Assembly (NCBI GenBank): GCA_900617105.1 | Contig: UYFQ01000010.1 | Span: forward strand, 1-64,000 | DNA length: 64,000 bases | Origin: Hydrurus foetidus | Taxonomy: Eukaryota | Direction: 5' to 3' | Shown here: piece by piece, positions 9,580 to 19,632 of the stretch | Layout: each line of letters begins with the position of its first letter | Position numbering within the stretch: the stretch's first letter is position 1 | Notes under the pieces: model-generated | The model's input: the letters and a program-made list of their open reading frames with translations, nothing else | Database searches by the model: none | What the model was told of the DNA's origin: nothing | Program-made: the position numbers and the translations under genes

Positions 9580-11702
9580 AGCGCAATAACGTGATCGCAG
9601 ACCGACTCGCTGAGCTCATCGTGAGAGCAAAGCAAAACCTGCTGAAAGCCACACGACGCAAGGAACCCGATCATGTTGCCTGTACGCTGGTCGTCGCATG
9701 CGGCAGCTGGCTCGTCCAGGATTAGGAACGGGGCCGACGGCAGGAACGTGCGCACCAGGGCCACGCGGATGGCAAGTCCCAGCGCGTCGAGCGTGGAGCC
9801 CGACATAGACGAGATCGGGTGGTCATCAACCTTGAACCCGGAAGAGTCCTTGGTGACCTTAGAGGCCACGCCGCGTATCTCGCTGAAGTAGCTCGACACG
9901 GCCGCCAGCACGATGTTCCACAACTTGTCGGAGATCAGCGGCCGGCACTGGCGCACCCGCTTGAGCAGGGCATTGTTGAACTCCGTTGTGGCGAGGTTCT
10001 TTTCGTGCTCTGCAAGGCGCTGTTCGATCTCGGACACGCGGGCCACGGCATCGTTGTAGGCTGCCAAGGCGTCGCGCATTCCGCGCTCAGCGTCGGTCAC
10101 GGTCTGATTGGCAGCGGTCACGGCAGCGTTGGCGAGCGAAGCTCCCGCGCGGGCCGCGTTGAGCTTGTCCTGGGCGTCACCAAGGGTGACCTCAGGCACG
10201 GCGTCCAAAGCAGCTTTGGCGGTGTCGTAGACGGCCTGGGCAAGGGTGACCTGGGCCTCGAACTCGGACTTGCGCACCACCGCGGTGTTGTACGTGGTTT
10301 GCTGGGCCTGCAGGGCTTTAATCTCCTGGCGCAGCACCGGCACGGTGAGCGTGTCCTTCAGCTCGGGGCCGGTCCAGGTGTAGATCCGGGGGAGCGTGCC
10401 GTCCAGGACCTGAGTTACGAAACCCTCAGCGCGCGCGCCAGCCTGGGTTGAGGCTGTGTCGGCCTCCTTGACCCACTTGAGGGCCTGCAGGTCCTCGTCA
10501 GCGCCAGTGACCGCAAGCTCGGCCACGCCTTTTGAGACCTTGGCGCTCTCCAGCTGGGCGGCCAGCTTGGCGTTCTTGGCAGCCACCTCTGGCACGCCGC
10601 TGAAGTCTTTGCCACAGAAGGTGCACGAGCCGTGGGTCAATGCAGCCTCGCTGACACGGATGTCACCCTTCAGCTGGGCGATCAGCGCCACAGCGTCTGC
10701 TCGCTTGGATGTCAGCGCCTCGATCTCCGCAGCCAGATCACCGTAGGTGCCCTCGTAGGCCAGAGCTTCAGGGTCACGCACCAGGTGCGCCACCACAGCT
10801 TTGTGAGCCGTGCGTATACGGTCCATCTGCTCGACGTTGGTGATGGCCTGTTGCAGGGCCTCGACCTGACCCTCGACGTTGTCGGGTTTGGCGGGCACCA
10901 CGAGGTTCATCGAACGCTGGGTGGCGGTCTGCAGGGCGCCGGAAGCCGTCTGCAGGGCCGTCACCAGGCCGTTGCGTGCCACGATGGCCTCACGCAGCAC
11001 GCTGTGAGCTTCCTGGGCCGCCTGGACGGCCTGCTCGGCCTGCTTAGACACGTCCATGGCTGCGTGGAGTTCCTCGGTCGCTTCCAGGACACGGGCTTCA
11101 CCGGCTGCCTCGTCCACCGGCACAGCAGCCTTCTGCGCGCGCTCCAGCTCGGCCTGATCCGCGAGGAGGGTGGCCTCAAGCGTTGCGGTAGAGCCCAGCG
11201 ACAGCTTCTGCTCCATCAGCTCGATCAGCTCGTCGATGACGTTGAAGTCGGCCAGCTTTTCGATCAGCTCGGTGGTGGCCTTAGGGCCCGACTCCAGCGC
11301 GCCGCGGATCTCGTTCTGGTTGGACAGGGTCAGGCGGGCCGAGGCGCCTGCGTCCACCTTGAGCAAGCGGGCTAAGAAAGCTGTGACCTCGTTCTGGCCG
11401 GTCACGATGCCGCCGTCGTAGTTCACCTCGGCGCCGCTCTTGCCGCGCTTGATGGCGTACACGACACCGTCGACGCCCAGCTCTAGCTCCACTTTCAGGG
11501 AGTTGGTGGCTTCGCCCCAGGTCACGACATCGTCGAGGCTGTCGCGGATCGCCTTCACGCCGAACAGCGCGTAGGAGATGGATTCGAGCAGGGTTGTCTT
11601 ACCTTGCTCATTGAGCGCGCGGATTGCGGTCATGCCGGCGCCGAAGACGACTTCGAGGTCACGGTGGCGGCGGAAGTTTGTGAGTTTGATTTTGTTTAGC
11701 AT
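9576..11702 (-). CDS. Rad50/SbcC-like SMC ATPase (recombination nuclease subunit)
   Basis: NEQGKTT Walker A, coiled coils, CTFC zinc hook, MSGS signature, LILDEP, CSHD. Confidence 0.92.
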   Translation of the reverse strand: MLNKIKLTNFRRHRDLEVVFGAGMTAIRALNEQGKTTLLESISYALFGVKAIRDSLDDVVTWGEATNSLKVELELGVDGVVYAIKRGKSGAEVNYDGGIVTGQNEVTAFLARLLKVDAGASARLTLSNQNEIRGALESGPKATTELIEKLADFNVIDELIELMEQKLSLGSTATLEATLLADQAELERAQKAAVPVDEAAGEARVLEATEELHAAMDVSKQAEQAVQAAQEAHSVLREAIVARNGLVTALQTASGALQTATQRSMNLVVPAKPDNVEGQVEALQQAITNVEQMDRIRTAHKAVVAHLVRDPEALAYEGTYGDLAAEIEALTSKRADAVALIAQLKGDIRVSEAALTHGSCTFCGKDFSGVPEVAAKNAKLAAQLESAKVSKGVAELAVTGADEDLQALKWVKEADTASTQAGARAEGFVTQVLDGTLPRIYTWTGPELKDTLTVPVLRQEIKALQAQQTTYNTAVVRKSEFEAQVTLAQAVYDTAKAALDAVPEVTLGDAQDKLNAARAGASLANAAVTAANQTVTDAERGMRDALAAYNDAVARVSEIEQRLAEHEKNLATTEFNNALLKRVRQCRPLISDKLWNIVLAAVSSYFSEIRGVASKVTKDSSGFKVDDHPISSMSGSTLDALGLAIRVALVRTFLPSAPFLILDEPAAACDDQRTGNMIGFLASCGFQQVLLCSHDELSESVCDHVIAL

Positions 11703-11710
11703 GATTGTCC

Positions 11711-12616
11711 TCAGAATTTGGAGACGTTTTGGAGCTGTTTTCGCTCTGCCTCAGCACGGGCCACCTGCAGCTCGTACAGTTCTCGGTACTGCGTCCATCC
11801 GACGAAGTTGTTGCTGCGTTGGTCCCACTCGATGGGCAGGGCCTGGTGCTCGATGGGCGAAGCGTGCAGTGGCTGGGAGCCCACCAGACGCTGGAACAGC
11901 GCCACGTCGGCCTCGACACTTGGATCGGTGCCGTCATGGTTCAGGTAGCTGACCCGTGCGCAGCGCGCGGCACTGAGTTGGGGCAACAGATCCACACGGT
12001 AGAGCGAGCGATCTGTTTCGCTGACATAGGGCAGGTGCCAGGCGTCGGGATCGGTATAGTTTCCAGTGCGCTCAACTGGCACACTGTCGCCCCTGGCCAC
12101 CCTGATGGCGTTGGCCAGCGCCTGGAACTCAGGCTGAGCGTCAGGATGGCAGCGCAGAGCGAAGAAGTTGGCCCACTCTGTCGCGGTGACGATGGTGCGC
12201 ATCCACTGGAAGGGCTCCAGCACACGGTTGGCAAGTTGCTTGTGCATGCCCAGCGCTGCCATGCGCTCGGCCCATACCGACGCATCCTGCGCGGCCTGCA
12301 GCCACAGGTCCATGGCCTGCCCCAGCTCAGCACCCTCAAACTGCACGGCGGCCTGCATACCTGGCTGATTCTTGCCCCAGAAGACCGGCATGGCCGGGGT
12401 GTCCCGAACCTGCTGGATCATCTTGGCCACGGGCACGGCCCGGGAGGACATGGCGTTGCGAGAGAAGACCCGGTGGGTCATCACTTCGCCGTGGATGAAC
12501 CTCGGGTACACCAGCTCAAGGGTGGTGATGCGCGCTGGGGGTGTGGTCTTTTGGGCTCCGCGACTTGTGGTGTATGGGGTGCGGGAGTCAGCGATAACGG
12601 TTGCTTGAATCATCAT
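11711..12616 (-). CDS. thyX: Flavin-dependent thymidylate synthase
   Basis: THRVFSRNAMS fits the ThyX (R/T)HRx7S motif; HKQLANRVL, FFALRCHPDAQPEF. Confidence 0.85.
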   Translation of the reverse strand: MMIQATVIADSRTPYTTSRGAQKTTPPARITTLELVYPRFIHGEVMTHRVFSRNAMSSRAVPVAKMIQQVRDTPAMPVFWGKNQPGMQAAVQFEGAELGQAMDLWLQAAQDASVWAERMAALGMHKQLANRVLEPFQWMRTIVTATEWANFFALRCHPDAQPEFQALANAIRVARGDSVPVERTGNYTDPDAWHLPYVSETDRSLYRVDLLPQLSAARCARVSYLNHDGTDPSVEADVALFQRLVGSQPLHASPIEHQALPIEWDQRSNNFVGWTQYRELYELQVARAEAERKQLQNVSKF

Positions 12617-13734
12617 GGTGTGGGGTCCTTAGGTTCGGCGGTGGCGGTTGCATACAAGCCCTTAACAGCAGCCTGTTGCTTGGGGTCCAGATGTTCGAGC
12701 AGCAGGTCAAGGATATTTACCGACTTGATGTCCTCAATGGAGTCACTCAGCTCGGTCAAGCCTTCGACCGTCTCGATCTGCACTGCGTTGGTCACCACGT
12801 AGGACTTCGATTTTTGGCGGAATGCCGAGATCGACTTGATCACGTCGGCCGCCTCGGCGGCGGTGGCGGTGCCGCCGACACGGATGAAGCCGGAGCCTTC
12901 TTCCTCGATGCCGGCCAGATCCCTCCAGTCGACCTTTGCAAACCAGCCGTCAGCGTCATCCGGTGTCCACGTGGTGTGGAACTCGTGAGTGTCGGTGTCG
13001 TGGTCGATCACCAGGCAGCGCTTGGTGCCGTCCTTCTGACCGTCGCCATGCTCCAGGCAGTCGCTGATGGAGCTCGGGACTTGATTTCCGACAACGATCA
13101 CAGCGCCACCGAGAATGACGCGGCCCTGGTGCTCGTGACCGAACACCGTGGTGATGCCGCGCTTCTTCATCTCCTTGGCCTGGTCACGGGTCATGTCCAG
13201 CGAGTGGTCGGAGGCGCAGGCAAATTTGTTGTCGAGGTTGGCGTGCACGAACAGCCACTTCGTGCCGTCTGGCACACGGGTCAGCTCCAGGTCAAACAAG
13301 TCCTGGTTGGTGACGTGGGGGATGACGTAGCCGTTGGTGCCGCTTAGTGCCTGGGCCTTGGCTATCAGCGTGAAACCCTTGTGGCGCATGCCCAGCAGCG
13401 CACCGACAAAGGCAACGGTGCCGAGACGAGACGAGTCCTTGCTCAGGTCATGGTTGCCCAGTGCCCAAGTCATCTCGATGTCGGGGTTGTTGGCCAGGAA
13501 GGCGTCCGCCACCTCGTAGATGCACAGTGCCTGCATCAGGGGCGTGTCGTAGGTGTCGGTGAGGTCGCCGTTGATCAGAACGCGCGAGCATCCCAGCGCG
13601 CGGGCCTTCGTTAACAGCTCAGCAAACCTCGTGAGCAGGAACTCCCGCAGCGCCACAGCGCTGGCGAGTGTGGTGCCGCCTGTGCGTTGGACGCCCAGAT
13701 GTAAATCATTCAGAACCAGGGTTTTATTCGACAT
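12613..13734 (-). CDS. Mre11/SbcD-like metallophosphoesterase nuclease
   Basis: DLHLG, NGDL, LGNHD, FGHEH; start re-called at MSNKTL. Confidence 0.88.
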   Translation of the reverse strand: MSNKTLVLNDLHLGVQRTGGTTLASAVALREFLLTRFAELLTKARALGCSRVLINGDLTDTYDTPLMQALCIYEVADAFLANNPDIEMTWALGNHDLSKDSSRLGTVAFVGALLGMRHKGFTLIAKAQALSGTNGYVIPHVTNQDLFDLELTRVPDGTKWLFVHANLDNKFACASDHSLDMTRDQAKEMKKRGITTVFGHEHQGRVILGGAVIVVGNQVPSSISDCLEHGDGQKDGTKRCLVIDHDTDTHEFHTTWTPDDADGWFAKVDWRDLAGIEEEGSGFIRVGGTATAAEAADVIKSISAFRQKSKSYVVTNAVQIETVEGLTELSDSIEDIKSVNILDLLLEHLDPKQQAAVKGLYATATAEPKDPTP

Positions 13735-13972
13735 GTTTTCTCCGTTCTTCATTTCGGTTTTTGGAGGCCTCAGAGGCGACGCGCGCGCGGAAGACTGCTT
13801 CGGCTTTGGCCATACGCTCCAGCTCCTCGCGGGGCTTTTTGCGCATGTCCTGGCATTTAGTGCACTGGGCCCGCTTGCTGAGCGTGCCAGGGTGGATGAC
13901 AAACTTGAAGCCCTCGACGGGCTTCGTAAGTCGGCAGTACGCGCAGAACTTGGTGGTACTCGGGGCGGTCAA
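13724..13972 (-). CDS. Small CxxC...CxxC zinc-ribbon protein
   Basis: CAYC and CTKC; overlaps both neighbours. Confidence 0.6.
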   Translation of the reverse strand: MTAPSTTKFCAYCRLTKPVEGFKFVIHPGTLSKRAQCTKCQDMRKKPREELERMAKAEAVFRARVASEASKNRNEERRKHVE

Positions 13973-14484
13973 TCGAACACCCCCGGCGCGAAGTTGCGTA
14001 GGGCCTCGCCTGCGGTGGTGAAAGTGGGGAAGTCAGTGAGATTCCAGGAGCCCTTATCGCCGTTGTCGTACATCCAGCGGGGATCTACTACGCGCCACAG
14101 GCTGAGGGATGTGTGGCAGACCAGCACTAAGCACACGCCGCCGCAGTTCGCACGCTTGCGCAAGCGTGCGAGCTGAGGAACCTTGTCACGCTCGATGCGG
14201 TAGTTGTGCTCGGTTTGCTTGACCTCGATCAGGCCGAAAGTCGGGTAGCTGTGCACCTCGTTCTCAGCGGCGAAGAACTCGAAGTCCGCAGCCGCTGACT
14301 TGATGGTGCGCCCGGCGGCCTTGGAGTCGACCAGACGGTTGTACTCCCGGTGGGGGTGTCGCACCCACTCGGTGAGGTACTCCTGGGTGGCCTTCTCAGC
14401 CTCCTTGCCCCGGTCTTTGAACGTGTTGAACTTCTTGAAGGTGACCTTGCCGGCGACCTTCTGGGGTTGGGTCTTTGTAGCCAT
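13969..14484 (-). CDS. PD-(D/E)xK nuclease, RecU-like Holliday junction resolvase candidate
   Basis: DRGKEAE, ADF, LIEVK, QLARL; start re-called at MATKTQ. Confidence 0.7.
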   Translation of the reverse strand: MATKTQPQKVAGKVTFKKFNTFKDRGKEAEKATQEYLTEWVRHPHREYNRLVDSKAAGRTIKSAAADFEFFAAENEVHSYPTFGLIEVKQTEHNYRIERDKVPQLARLRKRANCGGVCLVLVCHTSLSLWRVVDPRWMYDNGDKGSWNLTDFPTFTTAGEALRNFAPGVFD

Positions 14485-14702
14485 TACGCCCCCCGAGGTT
14501 GGAGGGCAGAGGCCATCGCGCGGTGATGCGCGGCAACGCTGCCACACCCGCAGGAGCGGGATTGGCCACCGACGAGGTGGTCTTGACGAATGGTCTTTGG
14601 GGTGCCGCAATCGCAGACGCATACCCAATGGGCACGGCCTTCGACAACGCGGATTGAGAGCAGGGTCAGCTTACCCAGCCTCTGTTGAGGAGCTAGTTTC
14701 AT
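14484..14702 (-). pseudogene. Truncated homing-endonuclease N-terminal domain
   Basis: RLGKLT...WVCVCDCG...HLVGGQSRSCGC parallels the first ~60 aa of 8938-9579; no nuclease domain. Confidence 0.6.
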
Positions 14703-14824
14703 AGCGCATCGCTTTCTTCTTATTTTTATTGGATGCCTTGAGGGGCCCCGACAACGCCGTGCTCATTGGCTCGGTCGTTGTCAGGGAACGGATTATGCAG
14801 GAGTTTTAGAGTCCGTGTGCGGAG

Positions 14825-17800
14825 CTATGCCGCAACACCGAACAGCTTCTCCAACGCGGCCCGGATTCGGCCCTCGTCGATGTAGTCGCCGTTGGCTGCA
14901 CGCTTGTCGCCGCCCACTTCGATCTGCTCGCCGAAGTTTTTGCCCAGAGAGATGGAGCTGACGATTGGGATCTTCGTGTCGATACCTCCGTAGGGTTGTG
15001 TCATGCACTCGTGGACCTCGCGGATGCAGGCCTGAGCGTCATCTTTGTGGACCGAGAACACGACTTCATCGTGGACGGGGAAGTAGAAGCGCGCGCGGTA
15101 TTTGCCGGTGAAGATTCCCCGGCGCCACATCTCTGCCAAGGCCATCTTCGTCTGTTCCGCGGCCGAGGCCTGGATCTTGAAGTTGGGGCCCTGCCGGCCA
15201 GCCTTCTGGGCCTCCCACTTGCTATCAGACATGAGGGCTGCACGCAGGTGGCGCCGAGCGCCCATCAGCGTGGTCACATAGCCATACTTCTCCGCGAACT
15301 CGCGCACCTCCTCTTTCCAGATCCCAATGCCTGGCATGGCCACATCCTTGGCGTCGATAAACGCCTGGGCCACCTCGACCTCCACAAACAACTGCTCGGC
15401 GAGACCTGGGGCCTGCAAGTCATAGTTCGTGCCGAAGTTCACGGTCTTGGCGTCGCCGCGCAAGTCCTTCGCCTTTTTGGCGACAACCTTGTCGGGAGAT
15501 GTCAGCATGCCGAGGAACTCGTCGTACTCGACGGTATTGCCCCAGATGTGGATCGCAGCGGCCACGGCCGTCAGGCTGTGCACGTCCTTCAAGTTCTCGC
15601 CCACATAGCAGGCGGTCAAGTTCGCGTCCCCCGACTGGTAGGCGATGGACACAAGCTCCTGACCCTGGAAGTCGAGTGACACCACCACAGCGTCCTTTTC
15701 GTGGGGCAGGATCACCTCGCGGAACTCCACACCTTCACCCCGCTTGGGCATCTGCTGGGCGTTGGGGTCGCTGGAGCTGTAGCGCAGTGTGACCGCCTCC
15801 GACTGGTTCATCGAGGGGTGGATGTTGCTGTCACGCCAGTGGCCCAGCGATTTGTAGGGCTTGTAGTACAGGCCCCGGCGCGTGAGCACCGTCTTGACAT
15901 CCTTGAACGCTTTCAGCACTGAGCGCTGCTCGTCGGTAATCGGGTCCTTCTTCAGGGCCCAGTCGACCGCCACGTCGTCCGTCGATGCCTTCGAGATCAG
16001 CGCATCTCGTTCACCCTCGGTGAGGGGAGTGAGCGTGGCGTACTTTGTCTTGCCCTTCCATTCGTAGGACACCTCGATGGGCTCTGTGAGGGAGAACAAG
16101 TCTGTCTTGGCATCCCTCGCGCGGCGCAACTTCTTGAAGCCTTCGGCCATGTCCTCGTTGTCTTTGCGCTGCTTGTCCGTCATCATGTTGAAGATGCGGG
16201 GACGGATGCCAATGACCCTGTAGAACAGGTTCTGCATCTGCTTGGGCGAGTTGAAGTTGATCTTCGGCTCCCCGGTGAAGTTGTCCTTCAGCACACGGTT
16301 CAAGGCGGGCACATCATTGCGTTCCACGATGTTGGCCAGCAGCTCAGCGATGTCGTTGTCGGGACACTGCTCGCGGATGTCCGCAGCAATGGCGTTGAGC
16401 TTGCGCTTCTTGGTGGTGAACTCCTCGCTCACCAGCAACTCCACAGCCATTTTGGCGTCGGCCGGATCAATGTCGCCCTCGAACTCTGGGCAGATCGTGC
16501 CGGCCCAACCGTTCTTCAGCAGGAACTCCCGCAGCGTGACCCAGCCCTTCTCGTAGCGTGCCTCGTCCTTCGCCTCCATCGCGCGCAGCTTGGCAAGGGA
16601 TATAGGCACACCCTGGACGAACGCCAGGCTTGTCAGGTACTCAGGCAGTGTCTCGACTTCCAGGTAGACATTCCAGGTTCCCTCTATCTCCATCACCAGC
16701 TGGTAGTGGGTGTGCAGCGCGCCAGTGCAAATCGTGTCGTCGCAACCGTAGTCAAAGACATGGGTGGCGGGCAGCTCCTTCATCTTGTACTCGCGCGTCT
16801 CATGGGGCTCGGTAACGGCATCCTTGAGCAGCTTCGCTGGCCGACCCTTGATCAGCACTTCGCCGGTGTCGGCGTCAACTTCCTGCGCCACTGCTGCGCT
16901 GTACTCTGCCTCCACAAGCGTCACGTCGAACTGTTTGACCACCTCACCCCCGTGGAGCGTGCCCACAGGGCCAGAGAAGCGCGTCGTCTCCTCGTAGGTG
17001 GCCTGCTTGTAGCCAAGATGGTGTAGGCTGCGATCCTTGAGTCCACGGCGCAGGTTTTCGTCAACGTAGGCGGCACCGACCTTAGTGTCGATGGTGTTGG
17101 GCACCATGCCGTGCCAGCCGTTGTTCATCCACTTCTCGCCCCAGGTGCGGTACAGCACCGAAAATTCAAACTGACGATTCTGGATCACGATACGCTTGCT
17201 GCGAGGGATCAGCTCGACCATCTCCCTGCACTCGTCCACAGTGATGTTGTCGGTGTCCTTGTGATCCACCGACATGTAGATGGTGTGCTGGGTGTTGTCG
17301 CCGAAGGTCAGCGACATACCTGTCAGCTCGTGGCCAAGCACGTCCATGCGGATCTTGTCACTGTCGGTGAGGGCCTTGCGCAGGCGAATCCACTCGTCCG
17401 ACTCCTCCCCAGTGGAGGTTTCAATGTCCAGGGGGACGAAGGGTGACTCACCAACGACGGCCGCAAACCGGGACTTGACCTTGGCGTAGTTGGCGGCTGT
17501 CACGAGGGTCTTGGTGCCATAGAACTTCTTCAGTCCATGCACGCGGTCCTCGTCTGGCAGCTCGTCCCACTGCTTCACCATGCCAGCGTGGATGCCCAAG
17601 GGCTTGCGCATGGTGTTGACCTCGTCGACCAGCAGCTTGGCGCAGCGCCAGCTGGTCGTCACCATGTCCTTGGCGTCGATAATTTTCTGCAGGGTCCTCA
17701 GATCCCCCACATCTTCCTTCAGGCGGTCCAGCTCACCGTTCTCGATCAGCTCCAGCATCATGTCCAGGCCCTCAAGCCCAAACGCGCGCACCAGGCCCAC

Positions 17801-18412
17801 GAAAGCTGCATCACCGAAGCCCTTGGCTCCTGGGATCTTGTCACCCTGGTCACCAACGAGGCATTTGTACACCGTGATGTACTTGTGCGGGAAGCCACCA
17901 AACGGGTTGCGGTTCAGCTCGCCCTTGGCCCAGATGTCGGTGTTCTCGTCGTGCAGCACAGCCAAGTCACCGTCACTGGTGACCACCACGTTTTTCCCGT
18001 AGCGCAGGACCTTGCACAGGTAACCGATGACATCGTCAGCTTCCAGGCCATCCTGCTTGATCACGTGCATGCCCAGGTCCAGGCACATCTGAGTGACCTT
18101 CTCGCGGGCAATGTTCAGCTGCTCGCTGACCTCGGGGATCTTGTCCCGGCCGTCTTTGTAGGTGGGGAGGAATGTGCGGCGGCGCAGCTTGCTACCTGCA
18201 CCGTCCCAGACGATCAGGCACCGACGAGGAGGTACGTCGAACTCGGAGAGCACGGCGCCCAGCTTGTCGAAGAAGCCCTCGATGCCGTAGTCTGCAGAGT
18301 TGACCTGGTGATGTGTGCCGGCTGCGTCAGCGACAACCTTTCCGTTATCGTGGTCGATTCCACGCAACAGCGCCTCGTTGAGGTAGCTGTTGGCGTCAAA
18401 AATTAGTCTCAT
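14825..18412 (-). CDS. Family A DNA polymerase with fused 5'-3' and 3'-5' exonuclease domains (~1195 aa)
   Basis: LEADDVIG, SDGDL, GDQGDKIPG; LDIET, YGCDD; motifs A SLDFQGQEL, B AKTVNFGTNY, C VHDE; GAGGT RBS before MRLIFD. Confidence 0.95.
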   Translation of the reverse strand: MRLIFDANSYLNEALLRGIDHDNGKVVADAAGTHHQVNSADYGIEGFFDKLGAVLSEFDVPPRRCLIVWDGAGSKLRRRTFLPTYKDGRDKIPEVSEQLNIAREKVTQMCLDLGMHVIKQDGLEADDVIGYLCKVLRYGKNVVVTSDGDLAVLHDENTDIWAKGELNRNPFGGFPHKYITVYKCLVGDQGDKIPGAKGFGDAAFVGLVRAFGLEGLDMMLELIENGELDRLKEDVGDLRTLQKIIDAKDMVTTSWRCAKLLVDEVNTMRKPLGIHAGMVKQWDELPDEDRVHGLKKFYGTKTLVTAANYAKVKSRFAAVVGESPFVPLDIETSTGEESDEWIRLRKALTDSDKIRMDVLGHELTGMSLTFGDNTQHTIYMSVDHKDTDNITVDECREMVELIPRSKRIVIQNRQFEFSVLYRTWGEKWMNNGWHGMVPNTIDTKVGAAYVDENLRRGLKDRSLHHLGYKQATYEETTRFSGPVGTLHGGEVVKQFDVTLVEAEYSAAVAQEVDADTGEVLIKGRPAKLLKDAVTEPHETREYKMKELPATHVFDYGCDDTICTGALHTHYQLVMEIEGTWNVYLEVETLPEYLTSLAFVQGVPISLAKLRAMEAKDEARYEKGWVTLREFLLKNGWAGTICPEFEGDIDPADAKMAVELLVSEEFTTKKRKLNAIAADIREQCPDNDIAELLANIVERNDVPALNRVLKDNFTGEPKINFNSPKQMQNLFYRVIGIRPRIFNMMTDKQRKDNEDMAEGFKKLRRARDAKTDLFSLTEPIEVSYEWKGKTKYATLTPLTEGERDALISKASTDDVAVDWALKKDPITDEQRSVLKAFKDVKTVLTRRGLYYKPYKSLGHWRDSNIHPSMNQSEAVTLRYSSSDPNAQQMPKRGEGVEFREVILPHEKDAVVVSLDFQGQELVSIAYQSGDANLTACYVGENLKDVHSLTAVAAAIHIWGNTVEYDEFLGMLTSPDKVVAKKAKDLRGDAKTVNFGTNYDLQAPGLAEQLFVEVEVAQAFIDAKDVAMPGIGIWKEEVREFAEKYGYVTTLMGARRHLRAALMSDSKWEAQKAGRQGPNFKIQASAAEQTKMALAEMWRRGIFTGKYRARFYFPVHDEVVFSVHKDDAQACIREVHECMTQPYGGIDTKIPIVSSISLGKNFGEQIEVGGDKRAANGDYIDEGRIRAALEKLFGVAA

Positions 18413-18422
18413 TTCGTAGACC

Positions 18423-18779
18423 TCAGGTTTTGTTTGGGTGCTGCAGCACCACGCGCCGGCCGTCAAGGTAGGCAGTGCGGGCGGCGGTTGTGGGAAGCAC
18501 TCGGGGTTCAAGCCATGTGGGGTACTCCCCGGCCGCCGGCGCCTCTGCACTCAGGGTCGCGGCCTGCTGGTAAGTGAGGGGGTTAGTGCTCTTGAGCATC
18601 ACGACGACACCGGTTCGGACCTTCTCGCCGAGCCACCCAAAGACAAAGCGTCTGGAGATGCCCCGGCTGATGACTGCAGCGATCAGGCCCGGGCGGGTCT
18701 TGGGGGTGCGTAGTAGGGCCAGGAGGGTCTTCTCAGCCTTGCGGACCTGGGCTGCCCTTGACTCAGCTTGGGCGGTCAT
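18423..18779 (-). CDS. Hypothetical basic protein, possible winged helix
   Basis: ATGA-coupled; basic helical N-half. Confidence 0.55.
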   Translation of the reverse strand: MTAQAESRAAQVRKAEKTLLALLRTPKTRPGLIAAVISRGISRRFVFGWLGEKVRTGVVVMLKSTNPLTYQQAATLSAEAPAAGEYPTWLEPRVLPTTAARTAYLDGRRVVLQHPNKT

Positions 18780-19021
18780 CGAAGGAACCTTCGGTGTTTG
18801 TCCTCGGCCTCCTGACAGCCGACGCAGCGAATGCGGGCCATATCCAGGCGTTTGAGGACAATGGGGATTTCACAGTCCACACAGTCGGTGATTGGCCAGC
18901 TGCCGTCATCGTTCTGCTTCTGCTGGGGGCCCGCGCGGCGGCGGGCTTCCCTCACTGCAGCTTCGGTGAACTCAAGCGTATGGGTGGTGGCGCGGTCGAT
19001 GTCGTCGGCTTCGTTGGACAT
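18776..19021 (-). CDS. TraR/DksA-family C4 zinc-finger protein
   Basis: ADDIDRA (DxxDxA); CVDC...RCVGCQE. Confidence 0.85.
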   Translation of the reverse strand: MSNEADDIDRATTHTLEFTEAAVREARRRAGPQQKQNDDGSWPITDCVDCEIPIVLKRLDMARIRCVGCQEAEDKHRRFLR

Positions 19022-19022
19022 G

Positions 19023-19574
19023 CTATGCCTCCGAGCTTTCGAGCAACGTGTAGAGCTTCAGCGCTTCATGCTGCAGCTCCCCGACAGTGCCATTGTTTGT
19101 GACTTCGACCGACACCAGATCGTCGTTGATGCCCAGCTCAGAGATGTGCTGGGAGTGCTCGCCGCTGAGCAGGGCATGCCCGGGGCGCACGATGCGCACG
19201 ATGACGCCGCCAGCCTTCAGGATGGCCTCAGCTTCGTTGTCGTAGCGGATGTCGGTGATGACCGTGCGGGAGCGGCCGCGCTGCTCCCAGAGGTTGAGAG
19301 CCCGGCGCACCCAGACCTGGTCGCCCAGGGCTTCGCGCATGCCGTTGCCAACGTGCTGCATCGCTTTGCGACGTGCCATCCCCAGGCCTGGGGACCAGCC
19401 GTCTTTGGTGTTGGGGTCGTGGTAGAGGATGACCTCTTCGCACGCGATCAACGCTGTGACCTCCTTCACGGGGTCCGCGAAGGCGAGTCGGGTGTAGCCC
19501 TTTACATAAAGGGCAGAGGCAAAGGTGTCCTTGCCTACACCGGCCTTGCCGGTAATTCCTACGAGATGTGTCAT
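19023..19574 (-). CDS. Deoxynucleoside monophosphate kinase
   Basis: GITGKAGVGKDT, AFADPVK, ITDIRYDNE, HISE. Confidence 0.9.
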   Translation of the reverse strand: MTHLVGITGKAGVGKDTFASALYVKGYTRLAFADPVKEVTALIACEEVILYHDPNTKDGWSPGLGMARRKAMQHVGNGMREALGDQVWVRRALNLWEQRGRSRTVITDIRYDNEAEAILKAGGVIVRIVRPGHALLSGEHSQHISELGINDDLVSVEVTNNGTVGELQHEALKLYTLLESSEA

Positions 19575-19632
19575 TTGACTTCGCTTCTTTTTATTTTTGT
19601 AGTCGAGTCGGAAAGATGCCCAGCCGGGCGTG

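Noticed and set aside
18413..18550. N-terminal extension of the polymerase in the ORF track
   Set aside because: Overlaps the upstream gene; GAGGT RBS and domain start support ATG at 18412. Similar over-extensions were trimmed for Mre11, the resolvase and the hairpin-led genes.
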